Source of the DNA: Flavobacteriales bacterium
GTDB lineage: Bacteria > Bacteroidota > Bacteroidia > Flavobacteriales_D > JBKBNH01
Assembly (NCBI GenBank): GCA_046295395.1
Contig: JBKBNH010000006.1
Coordinates: 53,646 to 117,645, forward strand
Length of the DNA: 64,000 bases
Direction of reading: 5' to 3'
Part shown: positions 9,059 to 17,310 of the stretch, in pieces
Position numbering within the stretch: position 1 is the stretch's first letter
Layout of the letters: each line of letters starts with the position of its first letter
The notes under the pieces: model-generated
The model's database searches: none
What the model saw: only the letters and a program-made list of their open reading frames with translations
What the model was told of the DNA's origin: nothing
Position numbers and translations under genes: made by a program

Positions 9059-9693
9059 ATACATCTGACATACATTCCATCCTCTTTGTTTGCCATGCCT
9101 CCGGTAATACTGCTCTTCCCATGATACAAATACCTTAGCCAGGCGAACTTGTTGTTGCCCTCGTTAGATGCCCACCAATAGGAGCCATTTCCAATGTCAT
9201 AAAAAAAGCCATTGTAGTTTCTACTTCCTCCGGGCTGCCCGTTAAATCCGTAATTATCAGACCCATTTCCGTTCTCACTCCAACCATAAGTAGATTTTAA
9301 GAAGGTTCCTGCTTTTTCTTCACCTCCCAAAAACTCAGATAAGCTATTAAAATCTTCGTTAGAGGGAATTCGCCAACCTTCTGGAGCAAGCCCTCGTACA
9401 TCATTTACTGCATGCCAGTTGTATAGTTTGCCAAATTTTTTTCCATTCTCAGGCATGTTTTCATAATAACACCATGCGGGAATACCTTCCTTACCTGCGT
9501 TTTCCCACTCCTCGTTGGTATAGGCCATTAAAATTGGGTCTCCATTTCTGAAGTTGGAAATATCTAGGTTTTTCTTCATCCAGACCTGTTCTCCTATTTG
9601 AATAAACTCGTCCTCCACAATGGGACTCGTTTCCTTTGAGGAACAAGAACTCAAAATGATTAAGAGCAATGAAAACGAATATAAAAACCTCAT
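9052..9693 (-). CDS. FISUMP (Fibrobacter succinogenes major paralogous) domain lipoprotein
   Basis: Lipobox LSSCS. Motifs GEQVWMKKNL, GKLYNWHAV, GWRIPSNEDFNSL, GFNGQPGG and YWWAS are characteristic of the family. Confidence 0.75.
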   Translation of the reverse strand: MRFLYSFSLLLIILSSCSSKETSPIVEDEFIQIGEQVWMKKNLDISNFRNGDPILMAYTNEEWENAGKEGIPAWCYYENMPENGKKFGKLYNWHAVNDVRGLAPEGWRIPSNEDFNSLSEFLGGEEKAGTFLKSTYGWSENGNGSDNYGFNGQPGGSRNYNGFFYDIGNGSYWWASNEGNNKFAWLRYLYHGKSSITGGMANKEDGMYVRCIK

Positions 9694-9742
9694 AGCATCT
9701 TAGTAGATTAGATGCTAATGTAGTAAATTATAATAAATTAAC

Positions 9743-10384
9743 CTACCCTCTCACAAAAGGATTGTTCTCTTTCTCCCAACCAATTGTGGTTTCAGGCCCA
9801 TGCCCGCAATACACTGTGTAATCGTCAGGGAGCGAATATAATTCTGACTTTATACTCCGGAGCAATTGATCATGATTACCTCCGGGCAAATCTGTCCTTC
9901 CTATACTTCCATTAAAAAGACTATCCCCATTAATAATCCACTTTTCGGTATGCGATATAAACACAATATGACCGGGAGCATGGCCAGGAACATGCCTAAC
10001 CTCAAGCTCTAATTCGCCTATATTTATTTTATCACCATGTTTTATAAACTGCTGGGGCTCCGGAGAAATTTCATAACCATCGAACCCATACAAATGTGCA
10101 TAAGACGAAACACTTTTTAGTTGTTTAAGGTCATCGACATGTAGCAATGGTATAATGCCATACTCTCTACAAACAAAGGCATTACCTAACACATGATCGA
10201 TATGACAATGCGTGTTAAGCAGCAAAACTGCTTCTAAGTTTTTTTCTTGTATGAACGATTTTAACTCAAGTTGTTCTTCCCTAGTATAACAACCGGGGTC
10301 AACTATAGCACATTTATTCCCCGACACAATTATGTAAGTGTTTTCCTGAAATGGGTTGAAGGTGAAGCTAAACAAATTGACCAT
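9743..10384 (-). CDS. MBL-fold metallo-hydrolase (glyoxalase II-like)
   Basis: HCHIDH metal motif, PGHAPGH and a later D/H ligand pattern. Size is 213 aa. Confidence 0.85.
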   Translation of the reverse strand: MVNLFSFTFNPFQENTYIIVSGNKCAIVDPGCYTREEQLELKSFIQEKNLEAVLLLNTHCHIDHVLGNAFVCREYGIIPLLHVDDLKQLKSVSSYAHLYGFDGYEISPEPQQFIKHGDKINIGELELEVRHVPGHAPGHIVFISHTEKWIINGDSLFNGSIGRTDLPGGNHDQLLRSIKSELYSLPDDYTVYCGHGPETTIGWEKENNPFVRG

Positions 10385-10462
10385 AACGGTAGTTTAAATT
10401 TGAGCGCAAATGTACTACAACCTTTAGTTTTTAGTTATATTTACGTCCTTGTAAATTTCTCT

Positions 10463-13400
10463 ATGAAGCCAAACTTTAAACAAACCTTGCTGCTTTTTGT
10501 CTTGCTGGGAGCCTTCTACTCAGGAAAGGCGCAGTTTTACACAGGCATGCATCATGAGTTTGGTAAAAACCGAGTACAATACAATTCTCAATTTTGGCAA
10601 ACATACAATTTTGAGCGTTTTAAAGTACACTTCGTTACAGGCGGTAAAAATTTAGCCATTTACTCGGCAAGGTCTGCCAACAAAAGTTTAGCTGTATTAG
10701 AAAATTATCTGGATGTACATCTTGATGAAAAACTGGAAATCGTAGTATTTAATACTCACGCAAAATTCAAACAAACGAATATCGGACTAGTAACCGGAGC
10801 TGACAACAACATTGGTGGAGTAACAAAACTAGTGGGAAACAAACTGTTTGTTTACTACGAAGGCAATCATGCCCAGCTAGATCAACAAATAAAAGCGGGG
10901 TTGGCAGAAATTTGTATTTATCATATCCTGCTGGGGAGCAACTGGAGAGAACTACTGCGAAATCAAAATCTGCACAGCCTCCCCGACTGGTATCAAAAAG
11001 GTCTTATTTCCTACCTTTCCAGAGAATGGGACACTAAGCTAGATGACAGGGTTCGAGATGGAATTTTGAATAACAAATACAAAAATTTTAACCGAATTGA
11101 AGGAGAGGAAGCCGAAATAGTTGGACACGCCATGTGGAATTTTATTGCAGAGGTATATGGTGCCAATACCATTCCTAACATGATTTATATGACAAAAGTG
11201 AGCCGCAATCTGGAAAGCGGATTCAACTACATACTAAACACCAATCTTGCTGCATTGACTCGCGATTTCAATTCGTTTTACAGCCGAAGATACAGTGTAC
11301 TCTCTTCTATAAGCATGCCCGCTCAACTTGAAAAAACACCTATTAAATCGAGGAAAAACCGGGATTACTATGGATTTGAAACCAGTCCGAATGGCAGATA
11401 CCTGACATACGTATCTAACGAATTAGGAAAATACAAGCTTTTTCTTTACGACACGGAAAAGAAGAAATCAAAAAAAATAACGCAGGCCGACCATAAAATG
11501 CATCGAAAACCCGACAGAAGTTCGCCAGTAATAGCTTGGCATCCTGCCGGAGAGGCTTTTGCCTATGTGGAGGAAAAAAAAGGAAAGCTGTTGATGACTA
11601 TTTATAATATAGAAAGCGGTCAGCGGTCTGTAAGAACACTAATGCGGATGGAAAAAGTGTATGACATGGCTTATTCTCCCGATGGCAAAAACATGGTTTT
11701 TTCCGGTTATGAAGGTGGTAGAACAGACCTTTTCTTGTATAAGATTGTGGGAAATAGCCATAGTAGAATTACCGATGACTATTTCGATGATATAAATCCG
11801 AAATTTATCAGTAACGAGAAAATTATATTCTCATCAAACAGAAATAACGATTCTATTCTTCCGCTCGAAAAAATACCATCAGCAGGATATGACCGGTATT
11901 ACGACGTTTACATTTTAGACCTGAACTCAAAATCCAGAATGCTCGAAAGGATTACAAACACCCCTTACATAAACGAAGTTCAGCCACAGGTTTATCCCGG
12001 AGGGAAGTACACCTACCTATCGGACGAGAGTGGTATTTACAACAGGTATCTCGCTTACAGAGACTCTACCATGGCTTATATAGACACCTCCATTCATTAC
12101 CGCTATTTCACTGTAACATCCCCCCTAAGTAATATGCCGGTGAATATTTTAGAAATGGACGTTTCCCCCCGAACCGGTAAAATGGCTCTTTTGCTAAGGC
12201 AAAATGGCAAATACTACTTCTACACCACATCTTCCGGAATGGACAAATTGCTAACTTCTGACGAGCTGCCAAAAACAGACTACAGGAGATATATTACAGC
12301 AATGGTTGCCCGAAAAACCAAAGATGCCGCCACACCAAAAGACAAGCCTTCTGAAAATCAACCTAATATAAGAAAAGAAAACAAGATTGATACAGAGAAT
12401 TATCAGTTTGAAGACGAAAAACCTACATTCGAAAAAGAAAAAATCACCTTAAGCCCCTCTAAATCAAATGCCACGTTGGCCGCTATTGGAAAAGGGAAAA
12501 ACAAAGTTGAGCTACCCGAATTTGAACTGCCCAGACAAGAAGTTTACAACATAAACTTTACAAGTGACTATGTAATTTCTCAACTAGACAATCAGTACTT
12601 ATCACAAATGTACCAACGATTTTCTCCCGAAGGACTTTACCAAAACCCGGGATTTAATTCAATGTTTAAAATTGGGTTAAGTGATTTATTTGAAGACTAC
12701 AGAATTGTAGGCGCAATGCGTCTGCCGATTAACTTCAACACATCAGAGTACATGATTTCTTTTGAAAATCTGAAAAACAGATGGGATAAAAGATATACCG
12801 GAATGAGACAAAGCTTCTTTTTTCCGGAAGGGAACAACTTCAAACGAATACAGTCATACACGCTAAACTACCGCTTGAGCTACCCATTTAGCGAAATCAC
12901 AAGCCTAAGAATTACCTCCACGCTGAGAGGCGACAGAATTCATACCCTTTCTGCTGACAACAACTCTTTAAGAAAACCTTCCGATAATCGTGGACTTGGT
13001 GGTGTAAAATTGGAATATGTGTACGACAACACACTGCCCGTTGGACTAAATCTTTTTAATGGTCTGCGTTTTAAATTATGGATAGAAGGTTATCACGAAC
13101 TGAACAGACTAAACACTGATTTCTTTGTTGCCGGAGCAGATTTTAGGCACTATCTTAAAATCCACAGAAATATAATATGGGCAAACAGGTTTGCAACAAG
13201 CGCCTCATTCGGAACTCAGAAGTTGCTGTACTTTATGGGCGGAGTAGATAATTGGATGTTTGCACGATTTGACCCTTCCATCCAAATAGATCCAAACCAA
13301 AATTATCAATTTCTTACTATAGCTACCCCGCTTAGAGGATTTATTCAAAATGCAAGAAATGGAAGTAATTTTGCCGTTATCAACTCAGAACTTAGGGTTC

Positions 13401-13723
13401 CGCTTTTTCGATATTTTTCTGCCCAGCCAATAAAATCAGCTTTTCTGAACAATTTTCAGGTGATTGGCTTTGGTGATGTGGGTACAGCATGGACCGGACT
13501 AGACCCTTACTCACAAGAAAACTCGTTTAACACTACCATTATTTGGGATAAGCCGCTTCTTATAACATTGCAAAACCAAAGAGAACCCATAATTTATGGC
13601 TATGGCTTTGGTCTCAGAAGCAGAATATTTGGCTATTTCGCAAGATTTGATTTAGCCTGGGGCGTGGATGATGGAGTTAGACTAAAACCGGTGAGGTATT
13701 TTTCTCTTACTTTTGATTTCTAA
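10463..13723 (+). CDS. Large secreted protein with PD40/TolB-like beta-propeller repeats and a C-terminal Omp85-like beta-barrel
   Basis: The start is moved to ATG 10463 (MKPNFKQTLLLFVLLGAFYSGKAQ signal peptide), because the track's 10271 start overlaps the MBL gene. PD40-like repeats: SPNGRYLTYVSNELGKYKLFLYD, YSPDGKNMVFSGYEGGRTDLFLY, IIFSSNRNND. The C-terminus, GFGDVGTAW...YGYGFGLRSRIFGYFARFDLAW, resembles the surface-antigen (D15) barrel. Confidence 0.7.
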   Translation: MKPNFKQTLLLFVLLGAFYSGKAQFYTGMHHEFGKNRVQYNSQFWQTYNFERFKVHFVTGGKNLAIYSARSANKSLAVLENYLDVHLDEKLEIVVFNTHAKFKQTNIGLVTGADNNIGGVTKLVGNKLFVYYEGNHAQLDQQIKAGLAEICIYHILLGSNWRELLRNQNLHSLPDWYQKGLISYLSREWDTKLDDRVRDGILNNKYKNFNRIEGEEAEIVGHAMWNFIAEVYGANTIPNMIYMTKVSRNLESGFNYILNTNLAALTRDFNSFYSRRYSVLSSISMPAQLEKTPIKSRKNRDYYGFETSPNGRYLTYVSNELGKYKLFLYDTEKKKSKKITQADHKMHRKPDRSSPVIAWHPAGEAFAYVEEKKGKLLMTIYNIESGQRSVRTLMRMEKVYDMAYSPDGKNMVFSGYEGGRTDLFLYKIVGNSHSRITDDYFDDINPKFISNEKIIFSSNRNNDSILPLEKIPSAGYDRYYDVYILDLNSKSRMLERITNTPYINEVQPQVYPGGKYTYLSDESGIYNRYLAYRDSTMAYIDTSIHYRYFTVTSPLSNMPVNILEMDVSPRTGKMALLLRQNGKYYFYTTSSGMDKLLTSDELPKTDYRRYITAMVARKTKDAATPKDKPSENQPNIRKENKIDTENYQFEDEKPTFEKEKITLSPSKSNATLAAIGKGKNKVELPEFELPRQEVYNINFTSDYVISQLDNQYLSQMYQRFSPEGLYQNPGFNSMFKIGLSDLFEDYRIVGAMRLPINFNTSEYMISFENLKNRWDKRYTGMRQSFFFPEGNNFKRIQSYTLNYRLSYPFSEITSLRITSTLRGDRIHTLSADNNSLRKPSDNRGLGGVKLEYVYDNTLPVGLNLFNGLRFKLWIEGYHELNRLNTDFFVAGADFRHYLKIHRNIIWANRFATSASFGTQKLLYFMGGVDNWMFARFDPSIQIDPNQNYQFLTIATPLRGFIQNARNGSNFAVINSELRVPLFRYFSAQPIKSAFLNNFQVIGFGDVGTAWTGLDPYSQENSFNTTIIWDKPLLITLQNQREPIIYGYGFGLRSRIFGYFARFDLAWGVDDGVRLKPVRYFSLTFDF

Positions 13724-13725
13724 AA

Positions 13726-14115
13726 ATGGATATCAATCAAATCATTATTCTTTGTGTAATAGGATTCATCGCTGGGGTGATGAGTGGTTTTGTAGGCATA
13801 GGCGGTGGCATCATTATAGTGCCCGCTTTAATTTATTTTTTAGGCATAGGGCAGCACGAGGCCCAAGGAACAAGCCTTGCCATGATGTTGCCCCCAATAG
13901 GGATTTTGGCGGCAATGAACTATTACCAGCAGGGCAAAATGAACATTACCTATGCTGTTGTTTTGTGTATTACATTTGTTGTAGGAGGTTACTTCGGTTC
14001 AAAATTATCTTTAAAAATGTCGCCTCTTCTTATAAAATTTATCTTCGGCATAATAATGCTTTATGCCTCATTCAAAATGATTATTTCGGGCTGGGGTTAT
14101 TTCTCTGAAAAATGA
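13726..14115 (+). CDS. Short TauE/SafE (TSUP) family membrane protein
   Basis: 129 aa. GFIAGVMSGFVGIGGGIIIVPALIYFLG is the TauE signature. About four TM helices. Preferred over the overlapping out-of-frame ORF 13713..14108. Confidence 0.7.
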   Translation: MDINQIIILCVIGFIAGVMSGFVGIGGGIIIVPALIYFLGIGQHEAQGTSLAMMLPPIGILAAMNYYQQGKMNITYAVVLCITFVVGGYFGSKLSLKMSPLLIKFIFGIIMLYASFKMIISGWGYFSEK

Positions 14116-15284
14116 ATATTGAAAAAATAAAAAAATTAGCTGCCCAATTTTATCCTGAACTGGTTGAAATCAGAAGATATTTACATGCGCATCCCGAGTT
14201 GTCATTTAAAGAATTTGACACGTCCGAATATATTAAGTCTCTGCTAAACAGTTGGAAAGTAAAGTATACCGATAATTGGGTAAAAACAGGCATAGTGGCA
14301 GAGATTGGTAACGGAGATCCAGTAATCGCACTAAGAGCAGACATAGATGCCTTGCCAATTATTGAACAAAACAATAATTCATATTGCTCCAAAAATCACG
14401 GAATAATGCACGCCTGTGGTCACGATGTACACACTACGTGTTTACTTGGTGCGATTAAAATTTTAAAAAACTTTGAATCCGAAATAGAAGGAAGTATAAA
14501 ATTTATTTTTCAACCGGGAGAGGAAAAACTCCCCGGGGGAGCCAAGTTAATGCTCGAAGAAAATGCTTTGGGCGAAAAATTACCCCAGAAAATATACGGT
14601 CAGCATGTGTTTCCGGATTTGGAGGTTGGCAAAGTGGGCTTTAAAGCCGGTATGTATATGGCCTCTTGCGATGAACTTTATTTTAATGTAAAAGGTAATG
14701 GAGGGCATGCCGCTTTGCCTGGCATTACGAAAGATACTGTTTTAGCAGCCTCTCAACTGGTAGTTGCTCTAAAAGAAATAGTTAGCCAGACTAATAACCA
14801 GAATACCCCTGCTGTTTTGGCTATCGGGAAATTTATAGCCGCTGGAGTCACTAATATCATTCCTGCAGAAGTTCAACTGGAAGGAACTTTAAGAACATTT
14901 AATGAGAATCGGAGGCGAGAAATCCATAATGAGATAAAAGAAGTTGCTCATAAAATTGCAGAAACACATGGGGTTAATTGCGAAGTAAAAATCGACATTG
15001 GCTACCCATTCTTAAAAAATGATGAGTATATAACTGCATTAGCAAAAAGTGCAGCCAAAGAGTATTTAGGCGAAGAAAATGTAATTGATTTGGAGCTAAG
15101 AATGACTGCCGAAGACTTTTCCTATTACAGCCAGTTAATTCCTGCGTGCTTTTATCGTTTAGGAACTAGAAACGAAAACAAAGGCATCACCAGCGGGCTT
15201 CACACCTCTACATTTGACATAGATGAAGAAGCTCTTAAAATCGGCGCCGGGTTAATGGCTTGGTTAGCAATAGGGAAACTATAG
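14112..15284 (+). CDS. M20-family amidohydrolase (N-acyl-L-amino acid amidohydrolase type)
   Basis: HAHPELSFKE, ALRADIDALP, MHACGHDVH and FQPGEE motifs. Size is 390 aa. It overlaps the upstream stop by 4 nt. Confidence 0.85.
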   Translation: MNIEKIKKLAAQFYPELVEIRRYLHAHPELSFKEFDTSEYIKSLLNSWKVKYTDNWVKTGIVAEIGNGDPVIALRADIDALPIIEQNNNSYCSKNHGIMHACGHDVHTTCLLGAIKILKNFESEIEGSIKFIFQPGEEKLPGGAKLMLEENALGEKLPQKIYGQHVFPDLEVGKVGFKAGMYMASCDELYFNVKGNGGHAALPGITKDTVLAASQLVVALKEIVSQTNNQNTPAVLAIGKFIAAGVTNIIPAEVQLEGTLRTFNENRRREIHNEIKEVAHKIAETHGVNCEVKIDIGYPFLKNDEYITALAKSAAKEYLGEENVIDLELRMTAEDFSYYSQLIPACFYRLGTRNENKGITSGLHTSTFDIDEEALKIGAGLMAWLAIGKL

Positions 15285-15413
15285 AGTTAACAAAGAAACT
15301 TGTATCTGAGTTTATCTGGCAATAGCTATAGATATCATATTGCTTATTTTTATTTGCGTGATTTGATATAAAAAAAGCTGACGTTTTTCACTTTTAATGC
15401 AGTGTTAGAGAAT

Positions 15414-15785
15414 TTATATTGACAGCACTTTATTCAGTTTTTCTGCCAGTTCATTCATTCGGATGGGTTTAGTCAAAAACTCGTCTACTCCGGCTTTTAG
15501 CGCCATGTCTTCATCTCTAGAAGTGCTCTTGCAGGTAAGCATAACAAATGGTATGTGGGATGCAAAAGGCGATGATCGCACTATTCTGCAAAACTCTATT
15601 CCGTTGGGTTCCGGCATCATCCAATCGCTAAGGATTAAATCTGTTGGGTTGTTTTTTATGTAAGATAAAGCCTCTAACGATGATGTAAATTGCGAAACCT
15701 GAAAACCAAAATTGATAAGGTTATACTTCAGTAAGAAAAGTATATCTTCCTCATCGTCTACAATAACCAGTTTAGCTCCCGACAT
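15414..15785 (-). CDS. Stand-alone response-regulator receiver (CheY-like)
   Basis: 123 aa. It has a DDEED acidic pocket, phospho-acceptor context LILSDWMMP, a T (LTC) and a K (KP) motif. No output domain is present. Confidence 0.85.
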   Translation of the reverse strand: MSGAKLVIVDDEEDILFLLKYNLINFGFQVSQFTSSLEALSYIKNNPTDLILSDWMMPEPNGIEFCRIVRSSPFASHIPFVMLTCKSTSRDEDMALKAGVDEFLTKPIRMNELAEKLNKVLSI

Positions 15786-15864
15786 GGCGCAAAGTTGGCA
15801 ATCAACTATTAATGAAAGAAAAAAGTAATGTTAAGGAATATTAGTTAAAAGGTTAATAAAGCCT

Positions 15865-16710
15865 CTATTTCTTTGTAATAAGGGCTTTTTGTTCGTGTTT
15901 CAACCCCTTTGTTGTTTCCAGATAAACTTTTATCGATCCTACTAATATTTTTGCTTCAATAAAAACAGGAATTTTATTTTCATCATCAGTTACAAAAACT
16001 TCCATATCCTCTCCATCTTTAAAAATAGTTCCCTCTATAAGCAATGGCTTAAATTTTATGCAATTGTATTTGTTCTTCTTCAGGTCGTTGGCTTTCGCTT
16101 TTCCGGTATATCGGATGTAAACATTATAGGTTTTTTGATCTAAAACTAGTGTTAGTGGTATGGTGTCGTTTACCTTGTATTTATTAAAATCAATACTTCT
16201 GGCATAGTATATGGCGGTCATAACGTCTACCCCGCACTTAGGATACAAATAGGTTTCGCGTTTTTCCGGATTTTTAATATCCGTAGCGGCATAATATTTT
16301 CCCTTTACTTCGTCAAACTTATAATCATGGAAAATCTTTGTGTTACCCTCGTGCACATTACGAATAAATCGATAAGGCATTAGAGTAGTTGTATTGCAAA
16401 TACTTTCATATCTATCTCTCACCGGAAAAAACCAATCATATTCCTTGAATGTAACTCCTTTTCCTATAAAATGATAACTCTTCTTGCCTTCATAGGTTGT
16501 ATCGGAAACGGAAAATGTAGCTTTACCTGCTGGAACCCACAAGTTCTTCATGTTATAATAAACCACGTAGTTCAGCTCTTCTCCCGGTTTAAACGGTATC
16601 TTATCTAAGTAACATTGGGCTTTTGAATGAACAAAAAAACCCGCTACCATAATACTAATGGTGGCGGGGTAATTCATAATTTTCTTTATTTCGCTATTCT
16701 TTCTCAACAA
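15865..16710 (-). CDS. DUF3108-like secreted protein
   Basis: Signal peptide ending SKAQ. The start may instead be M12 at 16677. The segment ATFSV...YHFIGKGVTFKEYDWFFPVRDRYES...PYRFIRNVHEG resembles DUF3108. Confidence 0.5.
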   Translation of the reverse strand: MLRKNSEIKKIMNYPATISIMVAGFFVHSKAQCYLDKIPFKPGEELNYVVYYNMKNLWVPAGKATFSVSDTTYEGKKSYHFIGKGVTFKEYDWFFPVRDRYESICNTTTLMPYRFIRNVHEGNTKIFHDYKFDEVKGKYYAATDIKNPEKRETYLYPKCGVDVMTAIYYARSIDFNKYKVNDTIPLTLVLDQKTYNVYIRYTGKAKANDLKKNKYNCIKFKPLLIEGTIFKDGEDMEVFVTDDENKIPVFIEAKILVGSIKVYLETTKGLKHEQKALITKK

Positions 16711-17269
16711 AAGCTTTCAGTTTTATAATAGTGCTTTTAGGATTAGTATTAGCAACTACCGTAACTGTTTTCTCTTGGGCTGCCTCTTGGGTTCCGGGAC
16801 GATATACCACCTCTATATCACCTGTTTTTCCAGGCATAATAGGCTCCTTCGGATAGTTAGGCACCGTACAGCCGCAGCTTCCGGTAGCCGACTCAATCAC
16901 CAATGGATTTGTACCCGTGTTTTTAAACTTGTAGATAAATGTATTTTCAGAATTCTGCTTAATCTTTCCAAAGTCATGCACCTCTTTCTCGAAGCGTATA
17001 GAAGTTGTAGGCCTGTTTGGATCTACATTAACCGCTGCCTCGGCAGGGTTATTAAGCATATTGAGGTTGTTAGCATCTAACACCTGAGCCTGGGCTCCGG
17101 AAGTTGGGTTATTTACTCCTTGAGGCACAGGTGTTGCTGAAGAAATGTTTGATAAATTAGCTATCGGGTCTTGTATTACCTTGCTCGCCTCTTTAGTTGC
17201 TAAAATATAGGTGTTTACTGACAATGTGATTGCGATAACGGCTAATAAACCTACTTTGATTTTTTCCAT
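16694..17269 (-). CDS. DUF1573 domain-containing protein
   Basis: N-terminal TM helix. The C-terminus, FEKEVHDFGKIKQNS...FKNTGTNPLVI...SCGCTVP...PGKTGDIEVVY, is the DUF1573 signature. Confidence 0.8.
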   Translation of the reverse strand: MEKIKVGLLAVIAITLSVNTYILATKEASKVIQDPIANLSNISSATPVPQGVNNPTSGAQAQVLDANNLNMLNNPAEAAVNVDPNRPTTSIRFEKEVHDFGKIKQNSENTFIYKFKNTGTNPLVIESATGSCGCTVPNYPKEPIMPGKTGDIEVVYRPGTQEAAQEKTVTVVANTNPKSTIIKLKAFVEKE

Positions 17270-17310
17270 AATATTCTATATTTAGACCGTAAAATTAACA
17301 ACAATAAGTA

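Noticed and set aside
10271-10462. A 64-codon N-terminal extension of the large OM protein, as drawn on the ORF track.
   Set aside because: It would overlap the divergent MBL hydrolase gene by 114 nt. A good signal peptide begins at the internal ATG 10463.
13713-14108. A 131-aa ORF overlapping almost all of the TauE gene in another frame.
   Set aside because: Its sequence is R/H/C-rich with no motif. The +1 neighbour frame (13726..14115) has the TauE signature and TM helices.
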